Shown piece after piece: positions 49,604 through 62,686 of a DNA stretch of 64,000 nt. Each line of letters begins with the position of its first letter. Within the stretch, counting starts at the first letter, position 1. The notes below the pieces were generated by a model. The model saw nothing but the letters and a program-made list of their open reading frames with translations. It was not told where the DNA came from and did no database searches. This DNA comes from Paraphysomonas bandaiensis (taxonomy: Eukaryota > Protista > Chrysophyceae): the NCBI GenBank assembly GCA_965644295.1, contig CBFFRP010000424.1, positions 122,611 through 186,610 of the forward strand, given 5' to 3'. The position numbers and the translations under genes are program-made.

Positions 49604-52600
49604 CTACAGCATATCAAAACTGTATGCATCGCGTAATTTTTTTTCACTGCGATGACTGCTGGACGATTTTTTCGGAGTGCCTGACTTTCTTTTGTCTTTA
49701 ATTTCTACATCACTCTCGTCGCTGTGGCTCGTGCGAATACTAGCGCCGCTGGACACTTCTTTCTTCCGCTTCACACTCTTAGCTTTATGCTTCTCTGTAA
49801 TAGGGGATTTACTTCTACCTCTCGTTGACTGATTGTCATCTTCAGTGCGGCTGCCAGAACGCTTGATCTTAGATGACTTCTCAGATTCACTACTTGCACG
49901 GTCTCCTTTTCTACTTGGCGTTCTGGAAATCTCAGAATGTTTGGAGCTATCTTTCCTCGACTTTGGAGATGGTGATTTGCTCTTAGATCGACTAGAGCGT
50001 TTCATCTTTTCGCTCCCACTGACTTCATCAGACTTCCTGGTGCTTCTGGACCGCCGCTCTTCACCTCCATGTCGGCTAGTTTTGTGCGAATCCCTCTGCT
50101 CGAGCTGTATCAAAGCATCATTTCCATCCTCAGACGCGACAGAGTCGGCTAGCGACACCCACTTCCATATTTCTTCCCTTATCATGGGAAGTTCATCATA
50201 CTGATACTCCTCAAATATTTTCAAAGCCTACGACATAATTTAGTAACAGATTAATAACCGCTACATAAACACATCGAATGAGCAGTTACAAAAACAACAA
50301 TAGGATGTAGGTGGTGTGACTTACGTGCAAATAGAGAGGGATTGCGTCATCTAAATTGCCTTCATTCGCCAAAGTTGTCGCACTGCTCAGAATTGGCGAG
50401 TGAGACCATTTAGTAAATGCAGGTACAATACGTCGTAGAGAATACGAAAAAAGGATCGGTTAGCATGATGAATTCACATACCTATCAAACACCTCGATGG
50501 CTACCTCCAGCGGATCCAGTTCATCCGCAAGACTGCTCAATGTTTCGCCTAATGCCACTGATTCTCTAGAGATATTGGCAAACAGTCACAGGCAATTGCA
50601 TACATACTAGACAACAAGGTAAATGCACGTACTCTGGGTTAAATTTCGCAGGGGAAAACCTAATTTTCATGGGATGCGGTTCCAAACTTTCAGATTTCGG
50701 CGAGTTACGTCCTACATAATTTCTTCTGGACGTGGGGGACACGTCGTGCACCTCCAGTGAATTTAGCGGGTCAGCTTTAGAGCTCACAGGACTTGTGTTC
50801 GCCATATCCTGCGTGTGCTCAGTCAATTTCAGCCGCTCAACAGCGCTGAGCTTAGACTGCAATGGTAGAGGATAGGTTTTTTGAGGTGATGCTGACCCAG
50901 TGCGCAGTCGTTGCAGTATACTTGCTGGATCAAAACCAGAGCCGACAGCACCACTCGGTGTATCAGTGTCTGAATTATTACTGTTGTTACTTCCCTCATC
51001 CCAGGAGTCACTGTCGGACATACGTTGTTTCCTATCAACATTCTCCATATTGGTGTCGTCGCGAACTGGAGCCATCACAATATCCGACCCTGTTTCGCTA
51101 CACGAATTGTCATCTACCCCGATATATGCATTGTCCTCGTTAGCACTGCTTGTTGAACTATATCCATCTGACGGCTTAGTCGGACTATATATTACCTCAA
51201 CTTCAGCTGTCAAGTCGACGTCCGGGGAGTAGTAGCGACTGGGGGACTCGTCGATGCGTCTCTTGGGCGCGGGTGCAGTTTGAGCAAAATTCATCCGACG
51301 CTGCAACCCACCCGAACTGCGGGATGGGCTTGAACTTTGACTAAGAATTTTTTCACTTCGTTGTCTTCCTCGTCTATCCACTGTTGTTCCGTCATCAAAA
51401 CGTGTGTTGGCGTCTTGGGAAGAACGCATTTTAGAGGGGGAAGATGTGCCATTAGAGGTCGGCTGGGTATCGTTCGAGTCTTCACTTGGGCTGGGTGATG
51501 CATATGACCTGCTGCTTCCCTGGGAAACAGATGTCATTAGGGTATCATTTAGCTCATCGCAAAGGTCATCTTCATGAAGAGAGACATCATTATCGAGCAA
51601 GGAATCGTGGGACATGTCATACAAGCCATCACTAGATACAGAAAACTTAGCACGGCCACTTGGTGTCATTTCGATGAAAGGAGATGTAATATCCGATTGG
51701 ACAGAGGCGTCTTTGCATCCACGGGACTTTGGAGTTTGTTCTTCATCGTCCGACAGGGCATAAAAGATGGTACTGTCATCCTCTGATGGAGTGGAGCGCT
51801 GAGACTGGGCAAGGGGCTGCTGCTGAACATCAGATACAGGGGGGGGTGAGCTCCCCTGCTGTTCGCTATTCGTCGGAGATATCGAACGAGCGGGTGAGTT
51901 GATTTTAGACTTTTGAAGATTCATATTGATGTGCTCAAGAAGTTGCCTGCGCAAAGTTTAATATATTTCATACAGAAACAGAAAAGTGCCAAAAATAGCA
52001 CTGTGTGTAAAAACTCACTCGGTCGATCGAATACTTCCACTGTCCAGAAGGGCGCGCAGCGTGCTGATGTCGTCTCCAACGACTTCTCTAGTTGCAGGCA
52101 TCGAAGTAGAGGTGGGTGACTGAGGCGATGCCTCTAGTTCGACTCCAGCCTCCATCTCGTCGTCCTTGTAGCTCGTCGACATGTTTCGTGGGGGCGAAGG
52201 GGAGTGACTCTCAGCCGCATCAATCTCCATAGTCACAGTCCTACTCCGCGCGTCCGAATTTCCTTCTTCCATACTGCCCTCGTGAGATGTATCCCTGGGA
52301 CTGCTTTTCTCTGAAGTACTATTCTGAGCATGTTCGGTAGAATCCATTTCAGCCCGCAGTGTTTCCTGATGACCAATATGTCACAAAATCAGCAAACAAG
52401 CAGTTCATCATTTACCATAGTTCGACTAACGTACTCAACTAAGGGATCAATATAGTCAGGATTAAGGCCATGTTTGTAAACAAACTCGTATGCCAGCTCC
52501 TATAAGTTGGCGTAGAAATCAAAAAAAGTATTTATGACTTTAAGCGAAGCAAGGTAGCTACATACAATTGGGTTTGACGCTGAATTTACGCTAATAGTTC

Positions 52601-54211
52601 CTTTTTGACCATCTCCCAAGTCGATATCCAGAAGTACGCTCGGAGAGGTAGTCTTCGCTCTATCCTGTCTCGATCCTTGAGACGGTGACCCCTCGGGTCG
52701 CTTCCCAGGACTTCCAACTGGACTTTTGGGAGAGTGAACTAACTCTTGGCCATGTTCAGTTGTCTGCAGCGGGGCTTCCAGCTCTTCGCTTTCATCCTCA
52801 GGAGGGGGGAGAGGAGGCGGGGGCAGTGCTGTTCGAAAATCCTCATCGCTATATTCCCGCGATCTATGCAGTATATGAGCTGCTCACTGATGCAATGGAA
52901 TAAAAATACAGTACCTCTTAGAGTGTGGAGGGCTGCTGGGGTGTTGCAGAGGTTGCTTTTCACCGTCTGTTTCTCGTAATATCTGAATTACACGTTTGGC
53001 ATCCTTCAGATCGTCTTTCAAGGAGAGGATCTTCAGGTTGGCTTCCTGAAAAAAAGGTCCAAAATAAACTGGCAAGTGAAAGAAATTTCGTGAGTGCATA
53101 CCTCTAGTTGCTTAGCAGTGATATCCAGGGCTTTCTCAAAGCTGACTCTTCTTTTTCGTTCTTGTTCGAGTTCCGTCCTAGCAGTAATTAGCTGCAAAAT
53201 TCCATTAAATTAACTAATTGAAAGAGTTCGGTCCTACCTTGTGCACTGTCTTCTCGAGCTCCACTAATGTCCCCTGTAGTCTACTCTCGATGTCCCCCGG
53301 TTTCGACGAAGGAGAGTCGTGTGTATGCTCCATGAGTGCTCTCAATGCTCCTTGCTCCTGTAGTGTTTCCATAAGAATCCTTACCACCGATTCAAAACGG
53401 TTGTGCTCAACAGTGGACATAATGGAGACATGCTTCGGTGTGGAATCAGCTTGATCATTTTTATCATTATTAGCGGTAGCATTTGAAACAGTTACAGTAG
53501 CTGTCGAGTCCGGTTTGGATGCAGCATAGCTATGCACAAGTGTATCATCAGCGCTCTCTGTAAGTATGGCAGTAACAGAGGAGCCTATGGAGGAGCCTGT
53601 AGAGTGAGGGACTGTAGATGTTGTGTGAGTGGAGGGGCCTGTAGAGTGAGGAACTGTAGAGGTTGTGTGAGTGGAGGGGCCTGTAGAGGAGGCTGTAGAG
53701 GGTGTGTGAGTGGAGGGGGCTGTAGAGGAGGCTGTAGAGGGTGTGTGAGCGGAGGGGCCTGTGGAGGGGGCTGTAGAGGGTGTGTGAGTGGAGGGGCCTG
53801 TAGAGGAGGCTGTAGAGGGTGTGTGAGTGGAGGGGGCTGTAGAGGAGGCTGTAGAGGGTGTGTGAGCGGAGGGGCCTGTAGAGGAGGCTGTAGAGGGTGT
53901 GTGAGCGGAGGGGCCTGTAGAAGAGGCTGTAGAGGGGGTGTGCATGGAGGGTTTGAGAGGTTTATAGGATATTGCTCCAGCTATAGACCGTCTCCTACAG
54001 TGACAATAACACAAAGAAACACACACTCCCACCCATACCTTATGGCTATGCTCTTATCTATCGTGGAGGGGGCATTAGAGTGGGATGCTAGTGCTCTGAG
54101 ATTAGACTGACGAGCACGACGATACCCGTCGATAGAGTGCTCATCGCGACACTGACGCAGTCTCAATAAGTTATCAGCCAGTGCATCATGATCCTGACTC
54201 CCTTCAGACAT
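49604..54211 (-). CDS. Large low-complexity hypothetical protein (coiled coils, Ser-rich, 12-aa tandem repeat), multi-exon
   Basis: ORFs 53981-54211, 53214-54032, 52884-53099, 52015-52347, 50566-51954 and 49604-50224 are linked by GT-AG introns. Exon structure only partly traced. Confidence 0.7.
53592..53945 (-). repeat. Coding minisatellite, ~36-bp unit (HTPSTASSTGPS), ~9-10 copies
   Basis: Directly visible GTGTGAG(T/C)GGAGGGG(C/G)CTGTAGAGGAGGCTGTAGAGG repeats on the plus strand. Confidence 0.95.
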
Positions 54212-54695
54212 GATAGCTACTGACGATTACATGTAGTGTAGAATATGGAGATCTGAGCACCGCGCTCTCGATATGTAGACATAGCTTCCTACACAGCAGC
54301 AGACCGGCGTGTCCTGCTCTGTATATACACAGTACAGTACTGTACTGCACCATATCATACATACATACACACAGCACTGTATACGCCTACTACAGTACTC
54401 GATCATATGATACAGCAGTTCACTGCACCCTCCAGTGTAGGAATTCCTACCGTTATCTAGAATACCGCACAGTACTAATATACACAATTCAAATATTACG
54501 AACGAAGGTACAGCAGTACATATCTCTATATCATACACATACTGTAGGTGTATACTTTGTACCCACCTATCGGATACACAGTACAGCAGTACAGCACAGC
54601 AGTACGGTGTGACATACTATGCATCTATTGAGACGAGATGCACATGTCAACATACATATGAACATACATGTATCTGTGCAAGGGCGTATTGCACA
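54212..54695. promoter_or_regulatory. Putative bidirectional promoter (type example): AA/TT-poor RY-alternating flanks around a short AT-rich core with TTCAA
   Basis: 484-bp spacer between divergent ATGs, rich in TAC/GTA, CAT/ATG and CAG/CTG. The same texture occurs at 16778-17380, 20887-21215, 28333-28846, 45404-45846 and around both ATAC arrays. Confidence 0.6.
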
Positions 54696-56201
54696 ATGAG
54701 CAAGCGCATATTCGACGTCACTGTGATCGGTGCCGGTGCCATAGGTTCTTCAACGGCTCTGTCTCTTTCTCGACAAGGGTTCAGAGTGTGTGTTGTGGAC
54801 GGTAAAGGAGGCCCAGGAGATGGATCCACAGGTAGCTCCAGTGGTATATGCAGGTCATCATACAGCTCCATAGATAGCGTCAGATTCAGTTGGGAGGGGT
54901 ATCACTACTGGAAGCATTGGGATGAGTTTATAGGCGAAAAGGATCCGAATGGTTTCGCTCAATTGAGAGAGTGCGGAGCGTCTTTTCTCATAACGCCCAA
55001 CTCAAAACAGTTCTTGGAGACATCTGTATCCTGCATGCGACAGGCGGGGGTGCCTGTACAGGAATGGGACATCGAGACAGCTTCGGAGACACTATCTAGA
55101 CTTGGTTGGGACTTAAGTGTCAGCTACACTCCCTTAAGAATAGATCATCCGGAATTCGGTGTACCAGTCAAAGGTGCTTCAGTTTCTGGTGCAATATATT
55201 GCCCACAAATGGGTTATGTTAGTGACCCTCGTTTGGCGACTCAAAATATGGCACGCGCGGCTATTTCCCGAGGATGCGAATTTATATTTGGAAGGCTGGT
55301 TACTGAAATATGTCAATCCAACGGTCGTGTGTGTGGGGTGATAATGGATGATGGGACTCGCGTGATTTCTCCAATCGTATTGAATGCGGCTGGGCCATAC
55401 TCTAGCCGTGTGAATGAACTCGTATTTAATCCGGAGAGTGGCGTTATGAATGACATGAAGGTAACCACAAGGCCGATGAGACAAGAAGTTGCATATTGTT
55501 CACCACCATCTGGTGAGTAAACAACTCATCCCCGTTCTTTCGTATCCATACGTGTTGCTATATATCGGTTATGTTTTGGTTTTCAGGAGTTGATATGGAA
55601 AATGATGGCCTTATTACTGCTGACCTTGATGTTGGTGTTTACTGGCGTCCTGAAGTTGGCAACAAGATTCTGATTGGTACGTTCGTATCGCGTCCAAATT
55701 GATGATGTGCTGTTAGTATTGGTAATGTCGCAATGAGTAATTTCGCTTGGCGTAGGCGGCATAGAACCCGAGTGTGATCCTGTGGAGTGGATAGACGGAG
55801 ACATCGACACAGAGCTCAACCCTAATCTGACTGATAATTGGACTAATTATATTTACCGCGCAGCATTGCGCATGCCTGGCCTTCAGATTCCAACAGCCAA
55901 ATGCACACAAGGCATCGTGTCCCTTTACGATGTGACACCAGACTGGGTTCCTATTTATGACAAGAGCTCATTGGCGGGGTACTACTTGGCCATCGGAACG
56001 AGTGGGAACCAGTTTAAGAACGCTGGTGTGGTTGGTGAACTAATGGGTAAGCTGATTGAAGAGTGCGAAAATGGACGTGACCAAGATACGGATCCTGTGC
56101 AATTTGAAATGAAGCATTCAAACCCTGGACAATTTGTAGACTCAGGAAAATTTTCAAGGCTACGTAATATTACTTCAACATCTGGTAGTGTGCTTGCATG
56201 A
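54696..56201 (+). CDS. FAD-dependent oxidoreductase (sarcosine oxidase / DAO family)
   Basis: DVTVIGAGAIGSSTA, STGSSSGICR, GYVSDP, VLNAAGPYS, LYDVTPDWVPIYD and AIGTSGNQFKNAGVVG. Two GT-AG introns. Confidence 0.92.
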
Positions 56202-56649
56202 TCTGTACTATGGTACACACACCGACGCTATATATTACACACACACACTTCATTAAGATGTAGTTAGGAAAATATTAAACGTCTACAGCTGCGCATTGCA
56301 TACTAGAATATTAGCATCTGTGTAGAATTTTTTACAGTGAAAGTTGATTGTAAAATTTGTAAAGCACTTCATTTTCTTATCTGTGATGTGGGATGTGGTA
56401 ACAACATCAGATTAGCTGCAGAAATGGTTTGTCTGAATTGTAACGTAAATCTTTAAATCGGTGTTAATATGAAGGAGCATATAGATGCACTTGATATGTC
56501 ATCTTCTTCCGTACTTTATCTCATCTGCAAATCAGAGTGTACTGAAATGGAACACTTGGAGTATTAATGATGGGAATTTATAAGCTCTAGCTTAGTAACT
56601 TGATACTACAGGTAAACTTATTCTCGCTTCTTCCTTGTACACTACGACT

Positions 56650-56914
56650 TTGTAGACCCCCGGACAACACGCGCCAGTGAGTCCTAAGACACACGAGCAG
56701 GGCGAAACTCACAAAGAACATTAAGAACGGAAGTGGTTGCACCTTGGTGCTTGCGGCGACGCACAAGCAGCTTCTGTAGCGCTAAATAGTAGGATAATAG
56801 AATTTGTGCTGATTAGTTATGGGTAGAGGTCTAACTAGTAGATCTAGCATTCAACTAGCCACTATATCGGAACGAGTTTTTAACGCCTATTGCTAAATAA
56901 AAAGACTTTCAATA
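56650..56914 (+). mobile_element. 5'-truncated retroposon/LINE tail (copy G)
   Basis: Near-identical to 41572-41754, plus ~80 bp of upstream sequence. Bracketed by a 30-bp direct repeat (56620-56649, 56963-56992). Confidence 0.85.
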
Positions 56915-57527
56915 ATTAGCAATAGAATCTTAAGAAGGTGATATATGACCGTTGTGCTAAGAATTCTCGCTTCTTCCTTGTACACTACGACTGCAGGCCA
57001 CAAATGATTAATACTAACAAGTTCATATTAAGTGAGTGCAAGGGCAATCCCTGGTATGGTTATTCATATATAGATGTAGATATAGGGGCCTCTATGTGAC
57101 CGTATAAAGTATAAAGTATACATAGTCTAAGGGTGTGTGTGAATTCAATCAAGAGGGCTTCATTCCACAACTATGGTGTTCATGCGCATCACTTTCTAAT
57201 GGCGCTGCTGTTTAGAAATATATATGGATTCATGTCAATGATTAGATGCACTGTGCTGAATCATATCTACATATCGCTGCACAGAGCGATTAGGGACATA
57301 GATATCCTTGTACGAATTGCTGATGATGATTTCTGTAGTGTGGGAGAAAACTGAAAAGGTGTGTGCCTGTTGAAGATATAGGATTGCATTGGAGTTTGTG
57401 ACATACATCGTCATATAACAGACTGGGACTGTATATACATATGAGTATGCGGGATGTACCGTATATTCCTATACGAAACACTCGGAATCGCCATTCACTT
57501 TAAACCTCTTGACGCCATCACACCAGA

Positions 57528-58543
57528 ATGTTTAAATTTTTAACTTTTCTCGGCCTTGCCACAAGTGTGGCCGGACATATCCACCACAGAACCTGCGGAG
57601 TGAGAGACTTGACCGCAGAGGAGTTCGAGGCGGCTGAAGTAAGTACAGACCCACATACACACACTCATATAGAACATAACATTTGCTGCAGAGCCACAGA
57701 CACAGCATTCTTCAGTCCACTCAGGAGAGAGTGAAGGGCGCTACCATTAATGTCTACTTTCACGTGATCACCAACACCTCTGGCGCTGGTAACATCCCGG
57801 ACTCTCAGCTCTCTGCTCAGATTGATGTCCTCAATGCGGCTTACGCCCCTGGTGGATGGAAGTTTGTTCAGGCTGGCAAGGATGTGACTGCTAACAACGA
57901 CTGGTATGTAATGGAACCCGGAACAAGAGCTGAGAAGGAATGCAAGACTACTCTAAGGAAGGGAAATGCCGATGACCTCAACCTTTACACTGCTAACATC
58001 GGAGGCGGTGAGTGAGCGTTAATGTAGCTACCACTGTTTAGTAATCTATGTATTATTGATGTAACTTAATTTTTCCTCTATTAGGACTTCTTGGCTGGGC
58101 TACCTTCCCGAAGGACTACTCCAAGGACCCTGAGATGGATGGCGTTGTGATTCTATATTCTTCCTTCCCTGGCGGATCTGCCAGACACTGTAAGTGCAAT
58201 TATATATAGACACTTTATATTGTGTGTTCTAACATGTATTATTGAAGACGACGAGGGTGACACTGGAACCCACGAGGTTGGACACTGGATGGGTCTGTAC
58301 CACACCTTCCAGGGTGGATGCCGCGAATTTGGCGGAGGTGACGGTGTTGCTGACACCCCTGCCGAGAAACAGGCTAACTACGAGTGCCCATCCGACTCTA
58401 CTGACTCTTGCCCCTCCGATCCCGGAAATGACCCTGTGCACAACTTCATGGACTACGTCTATGACGCATGCATGTACGAGTTCACTCCAGGACAGTTTGA
58501 CCGCATTACAGAGGAATTCACCGCTTACCGTGCTGGCAAATAA
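57528..58543 (+). CDS. Secreted zinc metalloprotease, family M43 (pappalysin/ulilysin-like)
   Basis: Signal peptide, Cys-switch [33 protein letters not shown] and the Met-turn NFMDY. Three GT-AG introns. Confidence 0.95.
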
Positions 58544-59954
58544 ATAACACCATCGCGTGCAGCAAATAGCTACTTATAGGGTGAGCTGTTGTTGAACAGT
58601 GCCCAGTCGCTATCTGCTGATCTAAATAAGTTTCCCTCTTCGTCGTGATTGTTTTGTCACAGCGTTTTATGATGCTGTTGCTAATAACCATTGTCATTTA
58701 AAATTGATTATTTGTTTCGTTAAAACTCACGCTCACATACCTTATTATCTATTTATCTAAGACGTAATGAAGCTAGCTAAGTAAGGCATAGAATAGAAAT
58801 TTGTCTTCAGGGCTGTGTATCAATTTACTAATTTTCTAGTAATTGGCAATAGTTGTGTCTGGGACTGCAAATAATATTTGCAATTAAAGTGAATAATAAA
58901 AACTTTCTTTCATGATACAGCACTATTTTATATATAAACGGTACACTACGTCTAACACGTTTGTACCCAGCCATCATTCAGATTAAGCTGTTCTTCTCGA
59001 TCAGATTACTAAACCCATCTAAATGAGGCCGATATTGACTTTACTGTGTTTATCACTTACATTTTAATAATGGTTATCACAACATCGTTTGTTTAACTAT
59101 TACTAAGAGCAGTCCTTTATTAATCAACAACATAATTTTATACTTCTTTCATATCAACCCCTAATTAACTTCCGTATCTTGAATCGTAATTATACTTCAG
59201 CTTCATAGTTATAGCTATATATATATATATAGTATATTTGACAACATATTACAGTTTCTCCATATTGTATTCACTGTATTTTACAGTTCTATCTTAGAAA
59301 AGCATACGTATTCCGACACTAACATACTTATTCCAATCCTGGCATGATCTACCTACTATCACAAGACATCAAAATCACACTGACGTAGACGTGTGGATGT
59401 CGGAATCATAATCTTCACCGTGAATTACACAGCAGCATTGCAACACTTTCTTGCTGTACAATGTCTCCTTGGTCTAAACAGCAAAAGCAGTAAACTAAAG
59501 TTCTTCAGCTTCGTTGTAGTGGTTTAACCAACGATCTTTGACATGTTATTACTCTTGCGTGTTGAGGTTAAAGAACCTACTCTGACCCTCTAGAACTGTC
59601 ACACCGTTGTAATTAATAACAAAATGTCGCTGGGCACATATACATAATATATCCAAGCACTTCGATGCTAAGAGATAATGAGTTTGTACGTTTGTATCTC
59701 TCTGATTCTAGTAGATATATATACAGCTTAAAACACTATATAAAATTAAGCACCAAGTAATTGTAAACGTTTACCAATAATAATATTATTGCAATTATCA
59801 TTTTTTAAAAACTAATTAATTAAAACCTATTAGTCGTTACGCAAGCATGATGGTTTATTTATCAGTAGACGTGCAAACAAGGATATAATACATTGATTTA
59901 GAAATAATGGTCAATAATAAAAGCTAACCCTAATATTTTACTAGTTATTATAGA

Positions 59955-60545
59955 ACACTACGAGAACTATCCGTGCGTCGCCGCAAGCACTAGAATGCAA
60001 CAGTCCTCTTGCTATATCACTCACTCAAAGCAAAATCCCTGACATCTGCTGACTTCAGGATTTTCGAGTACTTAGGTGAACTTGTCTCGGATACTTGTGA
60101 GACTTCAGCACAGGCAGATCCCCTTGAGGTGAGCCCATTCTTGGAAATCTGTTGGCATTCGCCAAGGCCCAAGGACGTCTACACAAGTGACACTTACTTG
60201 TGTCCCTTGCACCACCTAAGATCTGGTTATGAGTATAAGCAGAAAATTGTACCTACTGAATATGAGAATATGATATTACAAAACACAAGTAGCAGGGCCA
60301 ACTTGTAAAACGCAATAAATACTGCTAATAACAACTATACTTGCGACTTTTCTTTATCTTTAACCTCTCAGATACAAATTACAGTAAAATAATAACTCAA
60401 TACTTAGATATGAAACCTGGTGAAATTGCTTTACCAGGTTTTGGTATTACCTCGACTTTGACTATATATCACGTTAGCTTACAAGAAAAATCTCTCCGAT
60501 ACTTATCCACCAGAACACCACGAAATGGTGCAAGTCCGACTTTGT
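59955..60545 (-). mobile_element. Old diverged retroposon copy D, interrupted by a ~210-bp insert
   Basis: Tail motif at 59961-60011, body at 60090-60250 and ribozyme-like head at 60469-60544 are all homologous to copies A-C. Confidence 0.75.
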
Positions 60546-61906
60546 ATTACAATTTATTAGAGTAAATTAATTGTTAGGCAGCTCGGTATGTTTTAACCAA
60601 CAAGCCTAATTGATACAATCATCATATTGCAAATCTGGTGCAATTATTAAGTACATACTATTAGTTGTCCAGTAAATAATAATTTTATCCCATAGTCCAT
60701 TTTTGTTATATACATAATATAATATATATATACTAGTCATAAATTAGTGGTTCTTTTATCCATTGCTGACTCTCTATGACAAGCACTAATAACTACATAT
60801 ATCAAAGAGATCGTTGGATAAGAACAAATTGAGAACCTCTACACAGCAATGTCGTGATACACAGCATAAAAGTTGATTGTAGATAGTAGTGTTAATGGCG
60901 TTGCGTATACGTTGGGGGGCACTACTATTAGTCACTATAGAATAGGATCATTTGATCGCAATGCTTATCATTATTTATTCACCAAGATGGCATCATACGA
61001 GTATTTTAGGAACTAAAAAAGGGCCTACCAAACGGAGTTTGTTAATGTCAGTGCCGGGAAAGGCCTATTGAAGCGAAAGAATGGATCAGGACGTTGTACG
61101 CAATTTTCACACCACACCAAGGCTCATGCAAGTTGGAGTGACAAGGTTCAAGTTTTTATTAACTGGTAGGGGTCTTAATATATGACTTTGTATAAACGCC
61201 TGGAATATGTCCCACTGATTATGGGTGATCTACTCTTTTTCTTTTGTCTAGGTAAAAAATTCCAAAAAATACTCCAAGTGAAAGACACCCATATACACCT
61301 TGAAACGTTGTATGGGAATATCGTTGGGTTTTACCATTCCCTTTCGTCGCTACTGTATTCGGGACCAAGTGACGGCAGGTGTGATGGTTACGACTGGGAC
61401 GCTGACTGCTGAGTGGCGAGGGTGATATGAGTGGGCCGTCCCCACTATCGTCAGAGGTGACATCGGTCACTCTAAGCTATGTGGGTGGTATCCGGGTTTC
61501 GTCGGAGGGGTGGGGTGAGGTAGAGAGGAAGAGAGTGCAATAAAACGTTGACGTTTCTGTGCAAAAATCAGCCTATTGGGGGTGAGATTGTAGTTCAAAG
61601 GCTATTCTAAAAAGCAATAAATTACCAATAATTGAATGTTTGGCTAATAATTGCAACTATTATTGTTTGATACTTCTCACTAATTAATCGTCAAATGTTA
61701 CGCAATACGCAAGCCTGATAACGGTGGGTTCCTTATGTCAGTACGTAAGTACTCTGGTGCAGAGTGCATCCCCTCAAAGGCCAAAGGGCATACAGTCGTA
61801 AAGTAGCCAGCACGGACTACATACTACATAAATATGGATACAAGATGATAATGTACATATGATCTGAATTAACGTCTGGACAAATATCAATACAAAATAC
61901 ATCATA

Positions 61907-62686
61907 TTGAAGATGCGCAAGAGGCTCACAGACCGTACAAACCAAATGGAAGCACTACTAGAACAGAGAAGACTACAAGCAGTACTGCAGAAGATAGGAC
62001 TTAAAATCAAAACGCCACTTCGACTAACGACAGTGAGAACTACTGACGGGACACTTCTCACTACCCCGCAAGACATCCACGAAGGAATCAACAAACACTT
62101 TCGAGACCACCACGCGGAACCTGCAGGACTGGACCCAGTCGCACAAAGACTACAGGACGACCCCAACTGGTGGAAAACCCTCCTTGACCCTCAATCGGTG
62201 ACTTCCCAGGAGCCCCTCCATCCGTGCTCGAACATACCCCTTACCCTACAACACGGACTACGACGTGCACTATGCACTAAAGCTAAACCAGAAATGGCGG
62301 ACCTACTTGGAAAGGCTTTAGAGAAGGACATCACGCACGAAGAATTCTACTCCACCCTACATTCCATATCCTTCAACCGGGCTCCCGGACCCTCCATGGT
62401 CTCATCCAACATGGTCAAATCCTGGCCTCCAGCCATACAACAGGAAGCATTCACCCTTATCAAGTCGCTCTGGAAGCACAAACACGTGCCTACTTGGTGG
62501 AGAGACAGAGTAATGACCCCCATACTCAAGAAACCAGGAGAACCCTCTTTTTCCAACCTTCGACCGATCGGTCTGCTCGAAATATCACGGAAAATTCTGA
62601 CAAGAATAATCTCCCACAGGATACTCACAGTCTGGGAGGAACAGCAGATCCTTGTAAACCTGTGCAGGTTTAAAGCAGGTTTATAA
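61907..62686 (+). mobile_element. Non-LTR retrotransposon (LINE) ORF2 fragment, start of the RT domain, truncated
   Basis: ITHEEF...RAPGPSMV...VPTWWRDRVMTPILKK...NLRPIGLLEISRKILTRII. A/C-rich sense strand. Ends before the YADD region. Confidence 0.9.

Noticed and set aside
56672-56712. Hammerhead-like GTGAGTCC...GGGCGAAACTCAC
   Set aside because: No CUGANGA core and not enough sequence for stems I and II. It is only a hairpin.
1-58543. Non-canonical introns or introner-like repeats
   Set aside because: All introns I traced are GT-AG and show no obvious similarity to one another.
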